Position numbers and translations under genes: made by a program
Notes under the pieces: generated by a model
Seen by the model: only the letters and a program-made list of their open reading frames with translations
The model's database searches: none
Told to the model about the DNA's origin: nothing
Shown: positions 54,568-64,000 of the stretch, in pieces
Numbering within the stretch: the first letter of the stretch is position 1
How the letters are laid out: each line of letters opens with the position of its first letter
Assembly: GCF_030144855.1 (NCBI RefSeq)
Contig: NW_026779338.1
Coordinates: forward strand, 1 to 64,000
Direction: 5' to 3'
DNA length: 64,000 bases
DNA from: Hypanus sabinus
Lineage: Eukaryota

Positions 54568-54909
54568 CAGTAATGCGGAGTTGCGTTATGGAGTGGTGGA
54601 CAAACTGCTCCCCTTTTCCGAGTTCAGTTTTAAAGTAATAAGTGCCTTCATCCTTCTCTGTGACGTTGTCAATAATTAGGGAACAGTCACCATTCTTCAG
54701 ATCTCCAGACAGCTGGATCCGATGGTGAAACCCTGGTGACTTACGATTGGGATCACTGGAGTTGAAGATGACTGTTTTGTTCGAGCACTCATCTTTCAGC
54801 CAGATTCCATCTCGGGTCTTGCCCGATTTGTATCGGCATGGAATTAAGGCACAGAGCCCCTTCTGTGCCGTCACAACTGTCGGAGTATTGACTTCGCTTT
54901 GCCCTGACC
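54568..54909 (-). CDS. Siglec-type Ig V-set exon V3 (distal)
   Basis: 342 bp, phase 1-1; branch-like CCTAAC, acceptor tatttccctctcAG, donor G|GTGAGT. Reads VTAQKGLCALIPCRY...RIQLSGDLKNGDCSLIIDNV..KDEGTYYFK. Confidence 0.88.
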
Positions 54910-55139
54910 CTGAGAGGGAAATAACTGATGTTAGGTATTGGATGGCCTGTCGATCCACCGATCCTTCATCCATGTGCTCAGGTCTCCAACCCCTGATGCC
55001 ATATTCTGGGTTGCCAGAACTGAGGGCTGGCACAGTGTGGAAGGGGTTGCTGTGGAGGTTCAGCAGATGAAAGCAGACAGCACCAAGGAAGCACTGCATT
55101 ATGGGAGGGACGGAGCTGAAGGGGCAGTACTGAGCAAAT

Positions 55140-56205
55140 ACCACTCTGAAGAATGGGTGGAAAAGTCTCCATGACCTGACCAGACTTTATGTGAAGCTGG
55201 TGCAGCAATTGTAGGGGCCCGAGCAGAGATATTAAAACATCCTTAGCCACGGGTGAAAATGCCAGAGGATTGGAGGATAGCTAATGTTTTTCTGTTGTTT
55301 AAAAAAGGCTGTAAGGATCAGCCAGGAAATTGTAGGCCAGTGAGCCTGACATGGGTAAGTTAGTGGCAGCTGTTCTAAGGGACTGGATATGTCAGTATTT
55401 GTATAGACAGGGACAAATTGAGGATCGTCAAAATGGCTTTGCACGTGGTGAGTCATGTCTAAGTAATATCTCAGTGTATTTTGAGGAAGGTACCAGGAAT
55501 GTTGATGAAGGTAAGGTGGTGGATGTTGTCTCCATGGACTTCAGCAAGGCTTTTGACAAGGTTCCACATGGGAGACTGGTCAAGAAGGTTCAGTCGCTTG
55601 GCATTCAGGATTGGGCGGTGAATTACATTGGACGTAGACTTTGTGGGAGAAGCCAGTGAGTGGGGTGGTAGCTGATTGCCTTTTTGACTGAAGGGCTGCA
55701 ACTAATAGTGTGGCACAGGGATCAACGCTGTTTCCATCATCATTTGTCATCTATATCAATGATCTGAGTGGTAACTGGATCAGCAAAGTTACGGATGAAA
55801 CCAATAATGGAGCATAGTTGACAGTGAGAAAGGCTAGCAAAGCTTACAGCATGATCTGTACTCGCCGAAAAATGGCAAATGGAATTTAATGCAGGCAAGA
55901 GTGAAGGACACCAAGGGGGGACTTCCATAGTCAGGTCCTGAAGAGTGCAGTAGAACAGAGGGACCTGGGAATACAGGTGTATAATTCCTTGAAAGTGGCA
56001 TCACAGGCTGATAGGATTGTAAAGAGGGCTTTTGACATTTTGGCCTTTGTATCAATCAATAGAGAGTTGGAATGTTATGTTGTTGTTATGTAACAAATTG
56101 GTAATTCATAACTTGGAGCACTGTGTGCAGTTCTGGTCGCCGACCTATAGGAACTGTATCAATAAGGTTGAAAGGGTAGAGTGAAAATTTGCAAATATGA
56201 ACAAC
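55140..56205 (+). mobile_element. CR1 LINE reverse-transcriptase fragment, degenerate
   Basis: QNGFARGESCLSN and MDFSKAFDKVPHGRLVKKV motifs, with stops and deletions. Confidence 0.88.
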
Positions 56206-56282
56206 ATTAGTTATCCTCTGATTCCCGGTACTTCACCTAGTGGGGTTGAGTCAGCCTCCAGTCTGACTGTATGCTGTTTGGG

Positions 56283-56958
56283 AGAGTGTGAGAGTGAGTG
56301 TGAGAATGAGTGTGAGAGTGAGTGTGAGAATGTGTGAGTGTGTGAGTGTGAGAATGAGAATGAGAGTGTGTGAGAATGTGTGAGAGTGAGTGTGAGAATG
56401 AGTGTGAGAATGTGTGAGAGTGAGTGTGAGAATGAGTGTGAGAGTGAGTGTGAGAATGGGTGTGAGAGTCAGTGTGAGAATGAGAATGAGAGTGTGTGAG
56501 AATGTGTGAGAGTGAGTGTGAGAGTGAGTGTGAGTGTGTGAGAATGTGTGAGAATGTGTGAGAGTGAGTGTGAGAATGAGTGTGAGAGTGAGTGTGAGAA
56601 TGGGTGTGAGAGTCAGTGTGAGAATGAGAATGAGAGTGTGTGAGAATGTGTGAGAGTGAGTGTGAGAGTGAGTGTGAGTGTGTGAGAATGTGTGAGAGTG
56701 AGTGTGAGAATGTGTGAGAGTGTGTGAGAATGTGTGAGAATGTGTGAGAGTGAGTGTGAGAATGAGTGTGAGAGTGAGTGTGAGTGTGAGAATGAGTGTG
56801 AGATTGATTGTGAGTGTGAGAATGTGTGAGAGTGTGTGAGAGTGAGTGTGAGAATGAGAATGAGAGTGTGTGAGAATGTGTGAGAGTGAGTGTGAGAGTG
56901 AGTGTGAGTGTGTGAGAGTGAGTGTGAGAATGAGTGTGAGAGTGATTGTGAGAGAGAG
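56283..56958. repeat. Compound (TGAGAG/TGAGAA/TG)n simple repeat
   Basis: Directly visible; gives the HS/HT and TL repeat ORFs. Confidence 0.95.
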
Positions 56959-57565
56959 GTTTGGTTGGTTTGTCCATTTGTTCAATTTTAAATTTCAAAT
57001 GAGCCCGCATTTATAACATGTGTTTGGTCGCATTGCACGTTGGAACTTTATTCTGGCCTTCCCCTTGTTTTGGGCAACCATTTTTTCTTGCCTTTGCAAA
57101 ACTAGTTTGTTAGCGTTAGCAGCAATAGATGTGCTTGCAATGTTTTTCAAAGACCAAAAAACTGATAACTAAAATAACGGCCAAGTTATTGCAGGCTCAA
57201 CAAGGCGGGACTAAGAGTTGCTTCGCAGTGCAGTTTACCGGCAGAGAGAGCAGAGTTTACCAGCTTTGGCTGGAGGCTTCAGTGGAGAGGCACAGGTGAA
57301 TAGCTGGTAAAGCTTTTGCAGTGGTTGAATAAAAGTGTCATCAAACGACAACTGATCAATATAGTAAGGAAGATGCAGGATCAGGTGATGCACTGTAGCT
57401 GCATGATGTGGGAGCTGGTGGACCCCATTGCGTTTTCTGGTGACCACATCTGCAGCAAGTGTTGTCTGCTCGAGGAACTTGGGCTCAAAGTTGATGACCT
57501 GGGATCTAAGATTCAAACACTGCAGCACATCAGGGAGGGGGAGAGTTACCTGGATCCCCTTTTTC

Positions 57566-58670
57566 AGTCCAGTCCAGTCCGGGCTCCGAGTCCCAGTCCA
57601 GTCCGGGCTCTGTTCCAGTCCAGTCCGGGCTCCGAGTCTCAGTCCAGTCCGGGCTCTGAGTTCAAGTCCAGTCCGGCCTCCGAGTTCCAGTCCAGTCCGG
57701 GCTCTGAGTTCAAGTCCAGTCCGGCCTCCGAGTTCAAGTCCAGTCCGGTCAGGACTCCGAGTCCCAGTCCAGTCCGGCCTCCGAGTTCAAGTCCAGTCCG
57801 GGCTCCGAGTTCCAGTCCAGTCCGGGCTCCGAGTTCCAGTCCAGTCCGGCCTCCGAGTTCCAGTCCAGTCCGGCCTCTGAGTTCCAGTCCAGTCCAGCCT
57901 CTGAGTTCCAGTCCAGTCCAGCCTCTGAGTTCAAGTCCAGTCCGGCCTCCGAGTTCAAGTCCAGTCCGGGCTCTGAGTTCCAGTCCAGTCCGGCCTCTGA
58001 GTTCCAGTCCAATCCGGCCTCCAAGTTCAAGTCCAGTCCGGCCTCCGAGTTCCAGTCCAATCCGGCCTCCAAGTTCAAGTCCAGTCCGGCCTCCAAGTTC
58101 CAGACCAGTCCGGCCTCCGAGTTCCAGTCCAGTCCGGCCTCCGAGTTCCAGTCCAGTCCGGCCTCCGATTTCCAGTCCAGTCCGGGCTCCGAGTTCCAGT
58201 CCAGTCCGGCCTCCGAGTTCCAGTTCAATCCGGCCTCCAAGTCCCAGTCCAGTCCAGCCTCCGAGTCCCAGACCAGTCCGGCCTCCGAGTTCCAGTCCAG
58301 TCCGGCCTCCGAGTTCCAGTCCAGTCCGGCCTCCGATTTCCAGTCCAGTCCGGGCTCCGAGTTCCAGTCCAGTCCGGCCTCCGAGTTCCAGTTCAATCCG
58401 GCCTCCGAGTTCCAGTCCAGTCCGGGCTCCGAGTCCCAGTCCAGTCCGGCCTCCGAGTTCCAGTTCAATCCGGCCTCCGAGTCCCAGTCCAGTCCAGCCT
58501 CCGAGTCCCAGTCCAGTCCAGCCTCCGAGTCCCAGTCCAGTCAGGGCTCCGAGTTCCAGTCCAGTCGAGGCTTCATGTCCCGTCCGAGACCAGGCTCTGT
58601 TTCCCAGTCCAGTCAAGTCAAGTCCGAGTCTGGGCTCTGAGATCCAAGTCCAAGTCAGGTCCCAGTCCAA
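57566..58670. repeat. 24-bp minisatellite (CCAGTCCAGTCCGGCCTCCGAGTT) inside CR1 ORF1
   Basis: 8-codon SSSPVRPP periodicity; roughly 42 good copies plus a degenerate tail. Confidence 0.95.
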
Positions 58671-60639
58671 GTCCTGGCACCATTCTTACTCCCTATGGGG
58701 ATGAGAGTGGGGGCTGCAGGAAGGATGCGCAACCTAACTGTGGCACCGTGTTTCAGAGACCCATTCAAGAGGGGGGAGAGAAGAGGAATATAGTTGTAAT
58801 TGGGGATAGTAGAGTCAGGGGAATAGACACTCTGTTGCAGAGATAGTGTGTCCGTTGTGTAGGCTGTGTTGCCTCCCTGGTGCCTGGGTTCAGAGCATCT
58901 AATCTGACCTGGAGAGGAAAGTTCCAGTTGTCGTGTTCCACGTGGATATCAATGACATAGGGAGAGTGAGGAAATAGGTTCTGCTGAGGGAATTTGAAAC
59001 ACTAGGGACTAAGTGAACAAGCAGAATCAAAGAGGTGGGAATCTCTGGATTACTACCTGAATCATGCAAATTGACGCAGGGTCAAGAAGTTTAGAGAGTT
59101 AAATGTGTGGCTGAAGGATTGGTGTGGGAGAAGTGGGTTTGAATTCATGGAGAAATGGCACCAATATTGGGGAAGGAGGGAACTGTTCCAATGGGACAGG
59201 CTCCACTTGAACCATGATGGGACCTGGATCCTGGCAAGTTGCATAACTAGGACTGTGGGTAGGGCTTTAAACTAAATAAGAGAGGGGTGGTTTCAACAGA
59301 TTGGAGAAGTATGGATAAAGTAAAACAGGAAAGTGTAGATAAAGTGTAGAAAAGTGCAGACAAAGGTTACAAGGTTTTAAAAGCACAAAGAGTGTAAGGG
59401 CACTTCATCTGAATGCCCGTCGTTTTCACAACAAGGTCAGTGAACTTGTGGCATGAAGTACAAAGAGGTGGAGAGGACTGGGAGTTAAATATCCAAGGAT
59501 GTCAGGTAATACGGAAGGATAGGTAGGAAGGTAAGGGAGGTGGGGAAGCACTCTTTTAATTAAGGATGAGATCAGGGCGACAGAGGTATCATGAGGTCTA
59601 AGGAGCAAAATATTGAATCCATCTGGGTTGAGTTTAGGAATAGTATGGGAGAAAAAAAATCACTGATGTGAGTTGTCAGTAGGCCACCAAATGATAACAT
59701 TACAGTGGGACGGGCAATAAACCGAGAAATATCTGAGGCATTTAAGAATGGAACAGCAGTTATTGTGGAGGACTTTAACTTGCACACAGATTGGGTGAAT
59801 CAAGTTGGTCGAGGCAGTCTTGAGGAGGACTTCATAGAATGGGTCCGTGATGGCTTTCTGGTACAGCGTGTTACTGAACCTGCAAGGGAACGTGTTATCT
59901 TAGATCCAGTCCTGTGCAATGAGACAAGTAAAATTAGCAACTTATAGTTAGGGATCCTCTTGGAAAGAGTGATCACAGTTTCTCATACATATGGAGGGTG
60001 CAATAGGTTGATCTAAAAGCAGTGTATTATGCCTAAACAAGGGAGGTTGAGGGAGGAATTGGACAGGGTAGATTAGGAACACAGTCTGTATGGTGGAATG
60101 GTTCAGGAACAGTGGAAGGCTTTCAAACAGATTTTTCTTGGTGCTCAACAGAAGTACATTCCAGTTATAAGCAAGGACAGTATGGTGGGGAGAGCCAGCC
60201 TTGGGTAAGTAACAAAATAAAGGAAGGCATCAAACTAAAAGCTGGTGTGTACAAAGTTGCCAACAGTAGTGAGAAACTGGAAGACTGCGAAAACTTTAAA
60301 AAGCAACAAAGTACCACCAACTGAGCAATAAAGAAAGAGAAGGTAATGAAAATAAACTAGCATAAAACATAAAAGCGATTAGTAAAAGTTTTTATAATTA
60401 TATAAAGTGGAAAAAGGGTGGGTAAAGTGAATGTAGGGCCTTGGGGGATGAGAAGGGGGAATTGATATTGGGTAATGAGGAAATGGCTGAGGCTTTGAAT
60501 GACTTTTGTGTCAGTCTTCACGGTGGAGGACACATCAAAGAGAGATGTTATGGAAGTGATGGGAGCTGAGGACCTTGATACAGTAGCTATCACTAAAGAG
60601 GTTGTGTTGAGAAAACTTGTGGGCCTAAAGCTGGACAAG

Positions 60640-60835
60640 GTCGACGTTTTGGGCCGAGACCCTTCGTCAGGATTAACTGAAAGGAAAGATAGTAAGAGAT
60701 TTGAATGTAGGAGGAGGAGGGGAAAATCCTATCATATCCTATCAATTCACAATAGTTGCTGCCTGGCCTGCTGCGTTCCACCATCAATTTGTGTGTGTTG
60801 CTTGAATTTCCAGCATCTGCAGATTTCCTCGTGTT
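60640..60835 (-). mobile_element. Penelope-like terminus with minimal hammerhead remnant, inserted in CR1 ORF2
   Basis: The minus strand reads CCTGACGAAGGGTCTCGGCCCAAAACGTCGAC and shares the GCTGCCTGGCCTGCTG...CCAGCATCTGC block with this repeat type. It interrupts CR1 coding sequence. Confidence 0.6.
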
Positions 60836-61199
60836 TGCCTTTTGTGTCATTTACTTGGATTTCAAAAAGGCTTTTGACGAAGGGCCACATAAATGACCGA
60901 TCTATAAGCTAAAGGTGCAGAGAGTCGGGGTGATGTATTAGCATGGACAGAGGATTGGTTAACCAATAAAAAGCAGAGAGTTGGGTGTTACCCTGTTTGG
61001 CAATCAGTGGTGAGTGGTGTGCTACAGTGGTCAGTGCTGGCCCACAACTGTTCACGATCTGCAAGAGGGACCGAGTGTAATGTATCTAAGTTTGCTGATG
61101 ACACGAAATTGAATGGGAAAGCAAATTGTGCAGAGGACATGGAGAGTCTACAGACACCTATAGATAGGTTAAGTGAGGGAGCAAATGTCTGGAAGATGG

Positions 61200-62965
61200 A
61201 GTACAAGGCATTCTACAAGTATGTGAAGAGCAAGAGAATAAGACATGAGATAATAGGATCAATCAAGTGTGACAGCGGGAAAGTGTGTATGGAACCGGAG
61301 GAAATGGCAGAGGTACTTGATGAATACTTTGCTTCAGTATTCACTACGGAAAAGGATCTTGGTGATTGTAGGTTAGCAGATTAAAGTGCTTGAAAGAAAG
61401 AGGACGTGCTGGAGCTTTTGGAAAACATCAAGTTGGATAAGTCACTGGGACTGGACAAGATGTACCCCAGGCTACTGTGGGAAGTGAGGGAGGAGATTGC
61501 TGAGCCTCTGGCAATGATTAGTCAATGGGATTCTGCAGGATTGGAGGGTTGCAGATATCATTCCCTTATTCAAGAAAGGGAGTAGAGATAGTCCAGGAAA
61601 TTATAGACCAGTGAATCTTACTTCAGTGGTTGGTAAGTTGATGGAGAAGATCCTGAGAGGCAGAATTCATGAACATTTGGAGAGGCATAATATGATTATG
61701 AATAGTCAGCATGGCTTTGTCAAAGGCAGGCTGTGCCTTACGAGCCTGATTGAATTTTCTGAGGACGTGACTAAACACATTGATGAAGGAAGAGCCGTAG
61801 ATGTGGTGTATATGGATTTCAGCAAGGCATTTGATAAGGTACCCCATGCAAGGCTAATTGAGAAAGTAAGGAGGCATAGCATGGGATCCAAGGGAACATT
61901 GCTTTGTGGATCCAGAACTGGCTTGCCCGCTGAAGGCAAAGAGTGGTTGTCGACGGGTCATAGTCTGCATGGAGGTCGGTCACCAGTGGAGTACCTCAGG
62001 GATCTGTTCTGGGACCCTTACTCTTCGTGATTTTAATAAATGGTTGGATGAGGAAGTGAAGGGATGGGTTAGTCAATTTGCTAATGTCAGAAAGGTTGGG
62101 GGTGTTGTAGATAGTGTGGAGGGCTGACAGAGGTGACAGTGGGACTCTGATAGGATGCAAAACTGGGTTGAAAAGTAACAGATGGAGTTCAACCCAGATA
62201 AGTGTGAGGTGGTTCATTTTGGTAGGTCAAATATGATCGCAGAATATAGCATTAATGGTAAGACTTCAGCAATGGAGAATCAGAAGCATCTTGGGGTCCG
62301 AGTCCATAGGACACTCAAAGCAGTTGCATAGGTTGACTCTGTGGTTAAGCAGGCATACAGTGTATTGGCCTTCATTAAATGTGGAATTGAGTTTAGGAGC
62401 CGAGAGGTAATGTTGCAGCTACTGGGAACCCTGGTCAGACCCCACTTGGAGAACTGTGCTCAGTTCTGGTCACCTCACTACAGGAAGGATGTGGAAGCCA
62501 TAGGAAGGGTGGAGAGGAGATTTACAAGGATCCTGCCTGGATTGGGGAGCATGCCTTATGAGAATAGGTTGAGTGAACTCGGCCTTTTCTCCTTGGAGCG
62601 ATGGAAGATGAGAGGTAACCGGATAGAGGAGTATAAAATGATGAGAGGCATTGATCGTGTGGATAGTCAGAGGCTTTTTCCCAGGGCTGAAATGGCTAGC
62701 ATGAGAGGACACAGTTTTAAGGTGCTTGGAAGTAGGTACAGAGGAGAAGTCAGGAGTAAGTGTTTGTATACAGAAGGTGGTGAGTGCATGGAAATGGCTG
62801 CTGGCAACGGTGGTGGAGGCAGAAACAATAGGGTCTTTTAAGAGACTCCTGGATAGGTACATGGACCTTAAAAAACTGAGGGCTATGGGTAAACCTAGGT
62901 AATTTCTAAAGTACGTACATGTCCGGCACAGCATTTGTGCTGGAGGTTTTCGATGTTTCTATGTG
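61200..62965 (+). mobile_element. Second CR1 LINE, 5'-truncated (RT domain to 3' end)
   Basis: NYRPVNLTSVVGKLME, QHGFVKGRLCLT, YMDFSKAFDKVPH and LVRPHLENCAQFWSPHY. Confidence 0.9.
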
Positions 62966-62969
62966 TCGA

Positions 62970-63610
62970 TGTTGGTAAATGAGATGAGGGACTTGGGAGT
63001 GCTTGTGGGGCAGGGAGATTATGCTGCCACTGTACAGGGTACTGGTGAGGCTGTGTCTGGAGTACTGCGTGCAGTTCTGGTCTCCTTAGTTGAGGAAGGA
63101 TATACAAGCTTTGGAGGCAGTGCAGAGGTAGTTCACCAGATTGATTGCACAGATGAGGGGGTTAGACTATGAGGAGAGACTGAGTCACCTGGGTCTGTAC
63201 TTGCCAGAATTCAGATGAAAGACGAGATCTTATAGAAGCATTTAAAATTATAAAGGGATAGATAAGACAGAGGCAGGAAAGTTTTTTTCACTGGTAGATG
63301 AGACTAGAACTAGGGGACATAGCCTCAAGATTCGGGAGAGTAAATTTAGGACAGAGATGATGAGGATTTGCTTTTCCCAAAGAGTGGAGACTCTGTGTAA
63401 TTTTCTGCACAATGAAGCAGTGGAGGCTACCTCAGTAGATGCATTTAAGACAGCGTTGAATTGATTTTTGCATATATTTAAAGGTTATGGGTAGAAGGCA
63501 GGTAGGTGGAGATGAGTCCATGGTCAGATCAGCCATGATCTTATTGAATGGTAGATCAGGCTTGACGTGCCAGATGGGCTCAAGTTGTCCTACTCTCCTG
63601 CTCTTATGTG
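62970..63610 (+). mobile_element. Third CR1 3' fragment
   Basis: CTGGAGTACTGCGTGCAGTTCTGGTCTCC (LEYCVQFWS) block and a 3' UTR ending at ~63610. Confidence 0.8.
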
Positions 63611-63614
63611 AGCC

Positions 63615-64000
63615 CATGGTATGACAGGAAAGTTACTGACACGGTTACAGAACTGGCTGATTGGTAGGAGGCAGCGAGTGGGAATGAAAGGTTGGCTGCC
63701 AGTGACGAGTGGTGTTGGGCAGGGACGGCTTCTTTTTCTGCTGTACAGCAATGGGTAGGTTCTGGGGACGGGTGGCTTTGTTGCTGCATTTCCAGATGTT
63801 ACAAGGATCGGTGGAGGAGCAATGTTGAGGAAACAGATGGGTTGCAGAAGGACTTAGACAGATTAGGAGAATGGGCAAGAAAGTGACAAAAGAAATACAG
63901 TGTTGGAAGATGCATGGTCATGCACTTCGGAATTAAAATTAAATGTGCAGGCTATTTTTTAGACAGGCAGAAAATCCAAAAATCTGAGATGCAAAGGGAT
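63615..64000 (+). mobile_element. CR1 RT fragment running off the right edge
   Basis: WLPVTSGV and LQKDLDRLGEWA motifs. Confidence 0.8.

Larger units (their letters stand above)
8746..54909 (-). other. Siglec-like (CD33/CD22/MAG family) receptor locus, inferred exon order V3-V2-V1-C2-TM; leader exon not found
   Basis: Same strand, compatible phases, no stop codons. That all five exons belong to one transcript is inference. Confidence 0.6.
57230..61200 (+). mobile_element. Near full-length decayed CR1 LINE (ORF1 with Cys-rich N-terminus and SGNH/GDSL esterase; ORF2 APE and RT)
   Basis: CSCMMWE...HICSKC; IVVIGDS at ~58790; LHLN near 59200; APE motifs from ~59400; DFKKAFD at ~60858; KFADDTKL at ~61088. 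Many stops and deletions. Confidence 0.88.

Noticed and set aside
14184-54909. V exons as Ig, TCR or IgNAR variable segments
   Set aside because: They lack the F-strand YxC and show the Siglec B-E disulfide pattern.
54910-55144. N-terminal extension of the V3 ORF as a signal peptide
   Set aside because: Not a proper hydrophobic leader; a good branch point and acceptor directly precede 54909, so this is open intron sequence.
56237-58670. HS/TL and GLELGGRT/NSEAGLDW repeat ORFs
   Set aside because: Translations of simple repeats and of the antisense strand of the 24-bp array.

Overview
Vertebrate genomic DNA, probably from a cartilaginous fish (inferred from the style of the CR1 and Penelope-like repeats; not verifiable here). 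About 80% of the window is tandem repeat, dominated by one ~38.3-kb array of a 32-bp unit (14.6-52.9 kb), and most of the rest is decayed CR1 LINE. The minus strand carries five intact, frame-compatible exons of a Siglec-like (CD33/CD22/MAG-type) Ig receptor: three V-set exons (54568-54909, 53613-53954, 14184-14540), one C2-set exon (13557-13850) and a transmembrane exon (8746-8863). None of the three V domains has the canonical sialic-acid-binding arginine. No leader exon or conventional ITIM exon was found. A 33-bp minisatellite just downstream of the TM exon can be spliced in frame to give a tail with six evenly spaced YxxL motifs; this is the most intriguing and least certain observation. 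Nearly all long ORFs in the supplied track are repeat artefacts. No prokaryotic features, CRISPR array or RNA genes are supported. Boundaries of the repeats and mobile elements are approximate.
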